From Mustelus asterias (lineage: Eukaryota): DNA of 64,000 nt. A program made the position numbers and the translations under genes. The stretch is taken from the NCBI RefSeq assembly GCF_964213995.1, contig NC_135808.1, forward strand, positions 51,026,001 through 51,090,000. The letters run 5' to 3'. The notes beneath the pieces are model-generated. The model saw only the letters and a list, made by a program, of their open reading frames with translations, did no database searches and was not told where the DNA came from. Positions 1 through 11,700 of the stretch are shown here, one piece after another; the stretch's first letter is position 1; each line of letters opens with the position of its first letter.

Positions 1-67
1 ATTGGCACACAAGTAGTCTTTTGCCTAATTGATAGCGCTTCAATTTTATTCATTACATTTGACCGAC

Positions 68-940
68 ATGGAGCAGCTTTTAAAGCCCGACAAGTTAACA
101 TTGGACCCTCAAGAGGTCGGAGTTTCTGATAAATTTGACCATTGGCTGGACTGCTTTGAAGCATTCATCGACGCTGCTGCGGCCATCGACACCGACGGCG
201 CTAAGCTCCACGTGCTCCGCGCCCGGGTAAGCGATGCAGTCTACGGTATCTTCCGGGACGCTACTACATACGTGGACGCGATAGAACTCTTAAAAGGGCA
301 GTTTCGAAAGAGCCCTAACGTGGTCTACGCCAGACATCTCCTGGCTACTCGCAGGCAGCAGCCAGGAGAATCGTGCGCCCAATTTCTGCGCGCCCTGCGG
401 GTCCTAGCTCGAGCTTGCGACTGTAAGGCTGTTACAGCAGCTCAGAACACGGAGGACCTGATGCGGGACGCCTACGTCGCGGGTACTTACATTCGGCAGC
501 GCCTGCTTGTACAGGATGGCCTGGATCTCCAGAAAACGGCCACGATGGCTGAATCTCTAGAAGCGGCCTCCCGCAATCTTGGGGCCTACCCTGCACCCCG
601 TTGCATCGATGGTTCCACCGCGGCGGCTGTTCCAGCAGGGCCCAAATGCTACTTCTGCGGCCTAGCCAAGCACCCTCGGCGTCACTGCCCGGCGAAGGAG
701 GCGGTCTGCTCCGGATGCGGTAAGCTAGGCCACTTCGTTAAAGTCTGCCTGGTGAAGCCGATCGCGAAACCTCGTGGCGCCGCGTGTGTTCCGCGGGCGC
801 AGCCATCTTTGATGCAGTCAGTGGCTGCGTGCGAATTGCCATCTTTGATGCAGTCAGCGGATGCGCGCGAATCGCCATCTTTGATGCAGTCAGCAGATGC
901 GCGGGAATCGCCATCTTTGATACAGTCAGCGGCGCGATAG
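68..940 (+). pseudogene. gag: Gypsy gag with zinc knuckles, ending at an in-frame TAG inside a 36-bp repeat
   Basis: ATG at 68 (MEQLLKPDKL); RRQQPGES motif; CYFCGLAKHPRRHC and CSGCGKLGHFVKVC knuckles; pol continues in the same frame after TAG 938-940. Confidence 0.88.
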
Positions 941-3900
941 TTGCCATCTTGGGTGCCGTCATCAAGGCGCGCCGAGCGGGAAACTTCATCCGTGACGTCA
1001 TCAGACGCGGACGAAGATGAATACTTACTGGGTTTGACGGTGGCATCGATTTGCCTGGACCAATCTCAGCCTCACCAACTCTCCAAGTCAATAATGGAGA
1101 TCAAGGTAAATGACCATGCAGAAAACTGCCTGTTCGACTGCGGGAGCACAGAGAGTTTTATACACCCTCGCACAGTGCGTCAATATGCCCTTCCCGTGCG
1201 GCCCTGGAGCCAGACCATCTCCATGGCTTCGGATTCCCACTCAGTGGAGGTCCTCGGGTGCTGTTTGGTGACTCTGACGGTACAGGGCACAGTCTACGAG
1301 CGTTTTCGGCTCCTCGTGCTGCCGCGGCTCTGCGCAGCTGTACTGCTGGGGTTAGATTTCCTCACCCATCATAGAAGCGTCATCCTGCAGTATGATGGCC
1401 GTTATCCCCCGCTCTCCGTCTGCAAGGCGCCGTCACTGCAGCGCCCCTCGCGCACCACCTGCAGTCTCTCGACCCTCAAGATTACCCCCCCCCCCCCTTT
1501 ATTCGATAATTTCACCCCGGATTGCAGGCCTATAGCCACCAAAAGTAGGCGCTATAGTGCGGAAGACCGGGCCTTCATTCGGTCCGAAGTACAACATTTG
1601 CTCAAGGAAGGGATTATCCAGGCCAGCACCAGCCCCTGGAGGGCGCAGGTGGTCATAGTTAAATCGGGGGAGAAACACCGCATGGTGATTGACTACAGCC
1701 AGACCATAAACAGGTATACGCAACTAGATGCGTACCCTCTTCCCCGTATCGCGGACATAGTCAACTGCATCGCGCACTATAGGGTTTTCTCTACGATTGA
1801 TTTAAAATCGGCTTACCACCAGCTCCCTATCCGCTCGGAGGATCGCCCATATACTGCCTTTGAGGCGGACGGTCGCCTCTACCAGTTCCTCCGAGTCCCT
1901 TTTGGTGTTACCAATGGGGTCCCAGTTTTCCAGCGGGCCATGGATCAAATGGTGGACCAGCACGGGCTACGGGCCACTTTCCCGTATCTGGATAATGTCA
2001 CCATCTGCGGCCATGACCTGCAGGACCATGATGCCAACCTACAAAAATTTGTCCGTACTGCCACTCTCCTGAACCTCACATATAATGAGGCGAAGTGTGT
2101 CTTTCGGACACGCTGCCTCGCTATCCTTGGGTACGTGGTGGAAAATGGTGTCCATGGTCCCGATCCAGCCCGTATGCGTCCCCTTATGCAGCTTCCCCTC
2201 CCTACTACTCTCAAAGCACTGAGGAGATGCTGGGCTTCTTCTCCTACTATGCCCAGTGGGTTCCCCGTTACGCGGATAAAGCCCGTCTGCTCCTCAAATC
2301 GACCTCTTTTCCCCTGGCGGAGGCGGCCCGTCTGGCCTTCGACGACATCAAAGCGGACATCGCGAAGGCCGCGATGCATGCTGTGGATGAATCCATCCCA
2401 TTCCAAGTGGAAAGTGATGCGTCTGACTTTGCCCTAGCCGCCATCCTTAACCAAAGGGGCTGTCCGGTGACCTTTTTTTCCCGGACCCTACAAGGCCCTG
2501 AGATTCGACACTCCTCGGTTGAGAAGGAGGCCCAGGCCATCGTGGAAGCCGTCCGGCACTGGCACCATTACCTTGCGGGCCAACGGTTCACTTTAATTAC
2601 GGACCAGCGGTCCGTTGCCTTCCTGTTTAACACCAGGCAGAGGGGCAAGATCAAAAATGACAAGATCTTGCGGTGGAGGATTGAGCTCTCCACCTACAGA
2701 TATGACATCATGTACCGGCCTGGGAAGCTCAATGAGCCCCCAGACGCCCTGTCCCGTGGAACATGTGCCAGCACCCAACTCGACCAGCTACAGTCCCTCC
2801 ATAACGATCTCTGTCACCCGGGTGTCACCAGATTTTTCCACTTTGTCAAATCCCGTAACCTGCCCTACTCCCTCGAGGAAGTCCGGACGATTACCAGGCA
2901 ATGCAGGGTCTGCGCTGAGTGCAAACCGCAGTTCTACTGGCCAGGTGGGGCGCACCTTGTAAAGGCCACTCGCGCGTTTGAGCGCCTCAGCATTGATTTT
3001 AAAGGCCCCCTCCCTTCCTCTAACCGCAATATTTATTTTCTGAATGTCATCGATGAATATTCGCGTTTCCCTTTTGCCTTCCCCTGCCCGGACATGACCA
3101 CGGCCACGGTGATTCGGACCCTGAACACACTCTTCACCCTGTTCGGCTTTCCACCCTATATTCATAGCGACCGTGGGTCCTCATTCATGAGTGACGAGCT
3201 GAGGCAGTACCTGCTCGCCAAAGGCATTGCCTCCAGCAGCACCACTAGCTATAACCCCAGGGGTAATGGTCAAGTAGAGCGGGAGAACGCAACCGTCTGG
3301 AAGGCTGTTCTATTAGTGCTACAGTCTAGGGGCCTTCCAGTCGCACTACATTCAATTAGGTCACTCCTGTGCACAGCGACCAATACGACCCCTCACGAGC
3401 GGATGTTCACTTTCCCCAGAAAGTCCTCCTCAGGTACTTCACTCCCAGCTTGGCTGATGTCCCCGGGGCCCGTTCTGCTTCGGAAGCATGTCCGGACCCA
3501 TAAGGCAGATCCCTTGGTCGAGGAGGTCCAATTGCTCCACGCTAATCCTCAATACGCTTATGTAGCGCACCCTGATGGGCGGGAGGACACGGTCTCTGTC
3601 CGCGACTTGGCACCCGCAGGTGCCCCTGAGGCCACCACGTCCTTCCGCCCCACTGTCCCAGTCCCTTGTGTTGTCCACTCAGAGACCACTACGCCCCTCC
3701 CCCCTTCAGTCCCAGTCTCCTATATTGTGCGCCCAGAGCCCACTACATCCCTCCACCCCCCAGCCCCAGTTCCCCCTGTTCTCCATACGCCACCAGGGCC
3801 ACTGCTTGCTCCTCTCGCCCCGATGTACAGCTCGCTTGAGTCGCCGGTGCCGTCGCCACGCAGTACCCGACTGCTGGACGGGACGACGGATGGGTCCGCC

Positions 3901-4038
3901 TCACACCACCTGGCGCCTCCTCTCGACGCTCAGTGCCTGGAGCCTGGGCCGACATCGCTCCCTGCTCGGACGACTCTGCGACCTGCACTACGACGATCAC
4001 GACGGCGGATCAAGCCACCGGTTCGTCTGGACTTGTGA
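941..4038 (+). pseudogene. pol: Gypsy pol (protease, RT, RNase H, integrase), frameshifted near 2230
   Basis: LFDCGS protease; RMVIDY, IDLKSAYHQ, PFG and YLDN RT motifs; SDASD, EKEA and ITDQ RNase H motifs; HHCC zinc finger plus IDFKG, SDRG and QVER integrase motifs. ORFs 941..2437 and 2095..4038 overlap across a 1-bp deletion (LRRC/LGFF). An in-frame deletion in IN is seen relative to the paralog at 13159-14355. Confidence 0.93.
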
Positions 4039-4087
4039 CATTGTTTCCGCTTCACCCCCGTGTTGTTTTTTTTAAAGGAGGGGTGAA

Positions 4088-4329
4088 TGTGGTGGACCTC
4101 AGTTGTGCCTTTGTCCTGCCTGGACCACCGTTGTGTGTTGTTATGCCTGGACACATCCCCTGCCGGCTCGGCTCCTCCCCTTGTCACCGAGTAATAAGGT
4201 GGCTGTCTCCTCCCCCTTGTTCAGTTCGGGTTGGTTACCTGTTGGGATGTGCTCCTGGTTCTGTAATGAATAAAAGCCTACAGTTGTATTGGCACACAAG
4301 TAGTCTTTTGCCTAATTGATAGCGCATCA
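4088..4329 (+). repeat. 3' LTR (242 bp)
   Basis: Starts TG after the PPT and ends CA. TATA-like GTAATAAG ~4191, Inr-like TCAGTT 4221, AATAAA 4269-4274. Confidence 0.92.
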
Positions 4330-5010
4330 GGGGGTAAATCCTGGGCGTTCTGGTGCTCCCTTAACCCTTACCTTATCCCTCACTCTGGCATGTCCTGGGG
4401 GAGTCGCTCCCCCTCATTTCATTCTGCTCCTCCTGCTGCTGTGTGAGCTCAGACCTCAATTCCTGAAGCTGTCTACACAACTCTACAATGTAGCTTCTTC
4501 TCCTCTCTTTCAATGGCCCAGTATCTTCACTTCCAGTGAGGCTCCCAGCTCTGCCTGTCATCATGGTGTTAATCCTGTGTTCCTACTTTGTGTAGCTGAT
4601 TAATACACTCACTAATACACCCACCCATCCTTTGTCCAGCTCTCCCTTTACCTGAACCCAACTTGTGGTCAGTTGTTGGGAAAAATTATTTTTCCAGATC
4701 CTTCAATTGTCTCAAACACAGATTCCTTCTCATTTTACTGTCAGTTTTTTATTCCTTCTGGCAACGATCATCTGAAGATTCTCTTAAAGTCAGTTTCTCT
4801 GTTGCCTCGATCGTTTAAAAACTGTTTTTTTACTCTTTAGGCCGTATTAACCATTTCATGTCACGGTGGGGGGGAGAGGGGGGGGCGTCGAGGGGGGGGC
4901 GGGGGCAGGGGTCACTGTCCTTGGATCTTTGCTTATCTCCCCCTGTCTGGTTCCAATGTAAGAAGTCTCAAAACACCAGGTTAAAGTCCAACAAGTTTAT
5001 TTGGCAGCAC

Positions 5011-5048
5011 TAGCTTTCGGAGCCCCAAGCTCCTTCCTCAGGTGAGTG
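5011..5048 (-). ncRNA. Minimal hammerhead ribozyme core in the Penelope pseudo-LTR
   Basis: Minus strand reads CUGAGGA-A-GGAGC-uuggg-GCUCC-GAAA (CUGANGA box, stem II, GAAA box). Stems I and III were not verified. Confidence 0.7.
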
Positions 5049-5080
5049 AGGACTTGTGTTCACAAACAGGGCATATAAAG

Positions 5081-5415
5081 AAATCATAGAAACCCTCCAG
5101 TGCAGAAGGAGGCCATTCGGCCCATCGAGTCTGCACCGACCACAATCCCACCCAGGCCCTATCCCCACATATTTACCCACTAATCCCTCTAACCTATGCA
5201 TCCCAGGACTCTAAGGGGCAATTTTTAACCTGGCCAATCAACCTAACCCGCACATCTTTGGACTGTGGGAGGAAACCAGAGCACCCGGAGGAAACCCACG
5301 CAGACACGAGGAGAATGTGCAAACTCCACACAGACAGTGACCCGAGCCAGGAATCGAACCCGGGACCCTGGAGCTGTGAAGCAGCAGTGCTAACCACTGT
5401 GCTACCGTGCCGCCC
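5081..5415 (-). mobile_element. tRNA-derived V-SINE (HE1-like) with CR1-type tail
   Basis: A/B boxes (GTAGCACAGTGG, GGTTCGATTCC), central GGGTTTCCTCCGGGTGCTC domain, tail GATGGGCCGAATGGCCTCCTTCTGCACTG..TCTATGATT. Confidence 0.9.
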
Positions 5416-5957
5416 TCGACACAAACTTAATTTACAAGATAATGGTTGGAAAGCGAGTCTTTACAGGTAATCAAGTCTTAAAGGTACAGACAATGTGAGT
5501 GGAGAGAGGGTTAAGCACAGGTTAAAGAGATGTGTATTGTCTCCAGCCGGGACAGTTAGTGAGATTTTGCAAGCCCAGGCAAGTCGTGGGGGTTACAGAT
5601 AGTGTGACATGAACCCAAGATCCCGGTTGAGGCCGTCCTCATGTGTGTGGGAACTTGGCTATCAGTTTCTGCTCAGCGATTCTGCGTTGTCGTGTGTCGT
5701 GAAGGCCGCCCTGGAGAACACTTACCCGAAGATCAGAGGCCGAATGCCCATGACTGCTGAAGTGTTCCCCGACTGGAAGGGAACACTCCTGCCTGGTGAT
5801 TGTTGAACGGTGTTCATTCATTCGTTGTTGTGGCGTCTGCATAGTCTCGCCAATGTACCATGCCTCGGGACATCCTTTCCTGCAGCGTATCTACCTGATA
5901 ACGCTGCAAATCTAAGAAAACTTAGGAAATCTAATTCTAGTGTTCTATGGTTCTATG

Positions 5958-6687
5958 AAATCAGAAACACAAAGGGACTTGGGAGTCCTTGTTCAAGATT
6001 CTCTTCAAGTTAACGTGCAGGTTCAGTCGGCAGTTAAGAAGGGAAATGCAATGTTGGCATTCATGTCAAGAGGGCTAGAATACAAGAGCAGGGATGTACT
6101 TCTGAGGCTGTATAACGCTCTGGTCAGACCCCATTTGGAGTATTATGAGCAGCTTTGGGCCTCATATCTAAGGAAGGATGTGCTGGCCTTGGAAAGAGTC
6201 CAGAGGAGGTTCACAAGAATGATCACTGGAATGACGAGCTTGTCGTATGAGGAACGGTTGAGGACTCTGGGTCTGTACTCGTTGGAGTTTAGCAGGATGA
6301 GGGGGGATCTTATTGAAACTTACAGGATACTGCGAGGCCTGGATTCAGTGGACGTGGAGAGGATGTTTCAACTGGTAGGAAAAACTAGAACCAGAGGGCA
6401 CAACCTCAGGCTAAAGGGATGATCTTTTAAAGCAGAGATAAGGAAGAATTTCTTTAGCCAGGGAATGGTGAATCTATGGAACTCTTTGCCGCAGAAGGCT
6501 GTGGAGGCCAGGTCATTGAGTGTCTTTAAGACAGAGATAGACAGGTTCTTGATTAATAAGGGAATCAGGGATTGTGGGGAAAAGGCAGGAGAATGGGGAT
6601 GAGAAAAATATCAGCCATGTTTGAATGGCGGAGCAGACTCGATGGACCGAGTGGCCGAATTCTACTCGTATGTCTTATGGTCTTATG
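5958..6687 (+). mobile_element. CR1 LINE 3' fragment
   Basis: RDLGV..LVRPHLEY..LERVQRRFTRM..RGDLIETY translation; (TCTTATGG)n tail. Confidence 0.9.
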
Positions 6688-6840
6688 CCTTGTGCTTGTT
6701 TGAACACAAACAATAACCCAATTTGCTCTGTTCCACAGCAGCTGCCCCAGAATTGGTACACACATTACCCTCCCCTGGGTACACACATTCCCAAGTCGCT
6801 GAGTACCCCAATGGGTGAACACTACAGTCAGTCACTTAAG

Positions 6841-7146
6841 GGGCGGCATGGTGGCACAGTGGTTAGCACTGATGCCTCACAGTGCCAGGGACCCAGGTTC
6901 GATTCCCAGCTTGGGTCACTGTCTGTGCAGAGTCTGCATGTTCTCCCTGTGTCTGCGTGGGTTTCCTCCGGGTGCTCCGGTTTCCTCCCACTGTCTGCAA
7001 GATGTGCTGGTTAGCTGGATTGGCCATGCTAAATTTTCCCTCAGTGTACCCGAACAGGCACTGGAGTGAGGCAACTGGGGGATTTTCACAGTAACTTCAT
7101 TGCAGCGTTAATGTAAGACTACTCATGGCACTAATAAATCAACTTT
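6841..7146 (+). mobile_element. tRNA-derived V-SINE with an alternative 3' tail
   Basis: Same head and central domain as 5081-5415, but the tail is TTTTCACAGTAACTTCATTGCAG..CTAATAAA. Confidence 0.85.
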
Positions 7147-7516
7147 TGTTGAAACGTTTCTGTTTCTAACCCTTCCTCCTGTTGTCCCTGGGTGACTATT
7201 CCACCTTGGCTGCAGCACTCAGTCTCTGAAACAATGTCTCTTTAACCTGGATTTCTGGCTCCATTCCAGTCTTGTGAAGACTGTGACACTGTCTGTCCCA
7301 AAACAAATCTCAGTTCTTCCCGCAGGGACCTCAATGTGAAGCAGACTTTGTAATATTCAGCTTGTTGACGGAGCTCTTGATGATGTCTTCACATCTGTCA
7401 TCAATCAGCTGTTATGTCCATCAATTAAACGTCATCTTCTGATGCTTCAGGTGAGCACTCCAGATAAGATTCCTCAGCGACTTGGTCTGTAGACCAAGGC
7501 TCACAGAATGCGGTAG

Positions 7517-7716
7517 GCACGGTAAGTAGTCTCACAACACCAGGTTAAAGTCCAACAGGTTTATTTGATAGCACGAGCTTTCGGAGCGCCGCTCTTTCAT
7601 CAGGTGATGAAGGAACAGCGCTCCAAAAGCTCGTGCTACCAAATAAACCTGGTGGGATTTAACCTGGTGTTGTGAGACTACTTACTGTGCCTACCCCAGT
7701 CCCACACCGGCAACAC
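7517..7716. mobile_element. Palindromic mini-Penelope insertion with a 15-bp target-site duplication
   Basis: Inverted ~90-bp arms (7513-7602 and 7605-7694) homologous to the pseudo-LTR at 4961-5045. CACAGAATGCGGTAG is duplicated at 7502-7516 and 7717-7731. Confidence 0.88.
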
Positions 7717-8755
7717 CACAGAATGCGGTAGAACAGTACCTGTAATAAACAAGAAACAACTTATTTTAATATTCTAGCTTGAGAAAGTGGAGAAACAAAA
7801 GATTGAGTCTGAACAGCAGTTGTGTGGCCAGTCCAGAGAGAAAACACAATCTGGAAAAACAGCTCACCCCTGATTCTTCTTCTGAATGAATCAGAGCACA
7901 ATCACAGCTGGGTTAAGATCAGTGTGGATCAGGTGAGAAAATACAAACTGAGTTCAAATATTAAAAATCAGAGCAGGGCAGAAATAAAATGTAAAATACA
8001 AAACTGTAAAAGTTAGTGGCAGCAGCAGGCCTCAGGCCTCGACTCAGAATATTTTTCAAATAGAAATCAGGCCTTTCTATTTGATTCCAGACATTAACAT
8101 GTTTAGTCACTGATGCGCGTTATCACACACAAGGCTTGAGATGCTCAAGGAAATAAAGGCTTTTATTTACTATTACAACGAAGCTACCATATATGGTACA
8201 CGATCCCAGACTGAGGGGTCCCAGACAGAGCAGTGACCTTTATACCTCTCCCAGGAGGCAGAGCCCGACTGGGATGTACCACAATAACTATAATACCGGT
8301 GTAACAGCCCAACCCTAACCCCAACAGCAACAAGTAGAACAACCCATCCCTAACCCCAACAGCAACATATATACATACTCGTAGTACTGGCCAGACCCTG
8401 GCTCAGTACTACCTAGAACCATAGAACCATAGAAAATTACAGCTCAGAAACAGGCCTTTTGGCCCTTCTTGTCTGTGCCGAACCATTTTATGCCTAGTCC
8501 CACTGACCTGCACTTGGACCATATCCCTCCACACCCCTCTCATCCATGAACCCGTCCAAGTTTTTCTTAAATGTTAAAAGTGACCCCGCATTTACCACTT
8601 TATCCGGCAGCTCATTCCACACTCCTACCACTCTCTGCGTGAAGAAGCCCCCCCTAATATTCCCTTTAAACTTTTCTCCTTTCACCCTTAACCCATGCCC
8701 TCTGGTTTTTTTTTCTCCCCTAGCCGCAGCGGAAAAAGCCTGCTTGCATTCACTC

Positions 8756-11700
8756 CGGCTTGAAAGGATACTGGAGAGGGAGGGGGAGGATCCAGTTGTT
8801 GTGGTCCATGTTGGTACCAACAACATAGGCAAGTCTAGGAAAGAGGACCTGTTTAGAGATTATAAAGAGCTAGGATTCAAATTAAAAAACAGGTCCTCAA
8901 GGGTCATAATCTCCGGATTACTGCCCGAGCCACGTGCAAATTGGCATAGGGAGGCAAGAATAAGGGAAGTTAACACGTGGCTGAAAGAGTGGTGTGGGAA
9001 AGAAGGGTTCTTTTTCATGGGACACTGGCATCAGTTTTGGGGCAGGGGGGACCTATACCGTTGGGATGGTCTCCACCTGGACCGAGCTGGGATCAGTGTT
9101 CTGGCGAAGTGAGTAAATGGGGTGGTCAATAGGACTTTAAACTAGAGATTGGGGGGGAAGGGAAAGTCAGGGAACCAAGAGGTGAAGGAATCAGTGGGAA
9201 GCGTAGCTGCTTAGGATTACAAAAAATCACGAAAAGACAGCACTCAGGAGAGGTTACGATAGTCCCCATCTCACAAAATATGACACAGTGTCTGGAAAGG
9301 CTCAGTAGACCAAGGTCCACCACACTACGAAAACAAAAAGGGACGGTCAATAGGGAATTAAAGGTGCTATATTTAAATGCCCGCAGTGTCCGGAACAAGG
9401 TAGATGAGCTTGTGGCCCAGATTGTGACTGGCAGGTATGATGTGGTAGGCATCACAGAGACGTGGTTGCAGGGGGTTCAGGACTGGCAGTTAAACATCCA
9501 GGGATTCACAACCTATCGAAAAGACAGAGGGGTGGGTAGAGGGGGCGGGGTTGCCTTGTTAATTAGAAATGAAATTAAATCAATAGCACTAAACGACATA
9601 GGGTCAGACGATGTGGAGTCTGTGTGGGTAGAGTTGAGGAACCACAAAGGCAAAAAAACCATAATGGGAGTTATGTACAGGCCTCCTGACAGTGGTCAGG
9701 ACCAGGGGCACAAAATGCACCACGAAATAGAAAGGGCATGTCAGAAAGGCAAGGTCACAGTGATCATGGGGGATTTCAATATGCAGGTGGACTGGGTAAA
9801 TAATGTTGCCAGTGGACCCAAAGAAAGGGAATTCATTGAATGTTTACAGGATGGCTTTTTGGAACAGCTTGTGATGGAGCCCACGAGGGAACAGGCTATT
9901 CTGGACTTAGTGTTATGTAATGAGCCAGACGTGATAAAAGATCTTAAAGTAAGGGAACACTTAGGAAGCAGTGATCATAATATGGTAGAATTCAGTCTGC
10001 AATTTGAAAGAAGGAAGGCAGAATCAGATGTGAAGGTTCTACAGTTAAATAAAGGTAATTACAGGCGCATGAGGGAGGAACTGACAAAAATCGACTGGAA
10101 GCAGAGCCTAATGGGAAAGACAGTAGAACAGCAATGGCAGGAGTTTCTGGGAGTAATTGAGGACACAGTGCAGAGGTTCATCCCAAACAAAAGAAAGGTT
10201 ATCAGAGGGGGGATTAGGCAGCCATGGCTGACAAAGGAAGTCAGGGAATGCATCAAGGCAAAAGAGAGAGCCTATAATGTGGCAAAGAGTAGTGGGAAGT
10301 CAGAAGATTGGGAAGGCTATAAAAACAAACAGAGGATAACAAAGAGAGAAATAAGGAAGGAGAGGATCAAATATGAAGGTAGGCTAGCCAGTAACATTAG
10401 GAATGATAGTAAAAGTTTCTTTAAATACATTAAAAACAAACGGGAGGCAAAAGTAGACATTGGGCCGCTCCAAAATGACGCTGGTAATCTAGTGATGGGA
10501 GACAAGGAAATAGCTGAGGAACTTAATAAGTACTTTGCGTCAGTCTTCACAGTAGAAGACATGAGTAATATCCCAACAATTCAGGAAAGTCAGGGGGCAG
10601 AGTTGAATATGGTTGCCATCACAAAGGAGAAAGTGCTAGAGAAACTAAAAGGTCTGAAAATTGATAAATCTCCGGGCCCAGATGGGCTACATCCTAGAGT
10701 TCTAAAGGAGATAGCTGAAGAAATAGTGGAGGCGTTAGTTATGATCTTTCAAAAGTCACTGGAGTCAGGGAAAGTCCCAGAGGATTGGAAAATCGCTGTT
10801 GTAACCCCACTGTTCAAGAAGGGAACAAGAAAAAAGATGGAAAATTATAGGCCAATTAGCCTAACCTCAGTTGTTGGCAAAATTCTAGAATCCATCGTTA
10901 AGGATGAGATTTCTAAATTCTTGGAAGTGCAGGGTCGGATTAAGACAAGTCAGCATGGATTTAGTAAGGGGAGGTCGTGCCTGACAAACCTGTTAGAGTT
11001 CTTTGAAGAGATAACAAATAGGTTAGACCAAGGAGAGCCAATGGATGTTATCTATCTTGACTTCCAAAAGGCCTTTGACAAGGTGCCTCACGGGAGACTG
11101 CTGAGTAAAATAAGGGCCCATGGTATTCGAGGCAAGGTACTAACATGGATTGACGATTGGCTGTCAGACAGAAGGCAGAGAGTTGGGATAAAAGGTTCTT
11201 TCTCAGAATGGCAACCGGTGACAAGTGGTGTCCCGCAGGGTTCAGTGTTGGGGCCACAGCTGTTCTCTTTATATATTAACGATCTAGATGACGGGACTGG
11301 GAGCATTCTGGCCAAGTTTGCCGATGATACAAAGATAGGTGGAGGGGCAGGTAGTATTGAGGAGGTGGGGAGGCTGCAGAAAGATTTAGACAGTTTAGGA
11401 GAGTGGTCCAAGAAGTGGCTGATGAAATTCAACGTGGGCAAGTGCGAGGTCGTACACTTTGGAAAAAAGAATAGAGGCATGGACTATTTTCTAAACGGTG
11501 ACAAAATTCATAATGCTAAAGTGCAAAGGGACTTGGGAGTCCTAGTCCAGGATTCTCTAAAGGTAAACTTGCAGGTTGAGTCCGTAATTAAGAAAGCAAA
11601 TGTAATGTTGTCATTTATCTCAAGAGGCTTGGAATACAAAAGCAGGGATGTACTTCTGAGGCTTTATAAAGCACTGGTTAGGCCCCATTTGGAGTACTGT

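Larger units (their letters stand above)
1..4329 (+). mobile_element. Ty3/Gypsy LTR retrotransposon, near full length, disabled; 5' LTR cut by the window edge
   Basis: Bases 1-42 match the end of the 3' LTR (4288-4329, one mismatch). Domain order is gag-PR-RT-RNaseH-IN. A polypurine tract (AAAGGAGGGGTGAA, 4074-4087) directly precedes a TG...CA LTR. Confidence 0.95.
4961..5890 (-). mobile_element. Penelope-like element 3' fragment (GIY-YIG endonuclease and pseudo-LTR), interrupted by a SINE
   Basis: Minus-strand translation IRCRKGCPEAWYIGETMQ..RMNEHR..VGEHF..AEQKLI..GLNRD, typical of the PLE endonuclease. Hammerhead core at 5011-5048. Confidence 0.88.

Noticed and set aside
938-940. Programmed gag-pol stop read-through
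   Set aside because: The TAG aligns with a Glu codon of the 36-bp repeat (ELP/ESP), so a nonsense mutation in a single gag-pol ORF is simpler.
4330-4860. Minus-strand coiled-coil ORF (4373..4564), possible gag-like remnant
   Set aside because: Too short, with no diagnostic motif.
4866-4912. G-run tract, possible G-quadruplex
   Set aside because: Low-complexity sequence with no functional context.
5194-7094. Short ORFs and tRNA-like heads in SINEs as genes
   Set aside because: They are translations or Pol III boxes of SINE copies and do not form complete tRNA genes.
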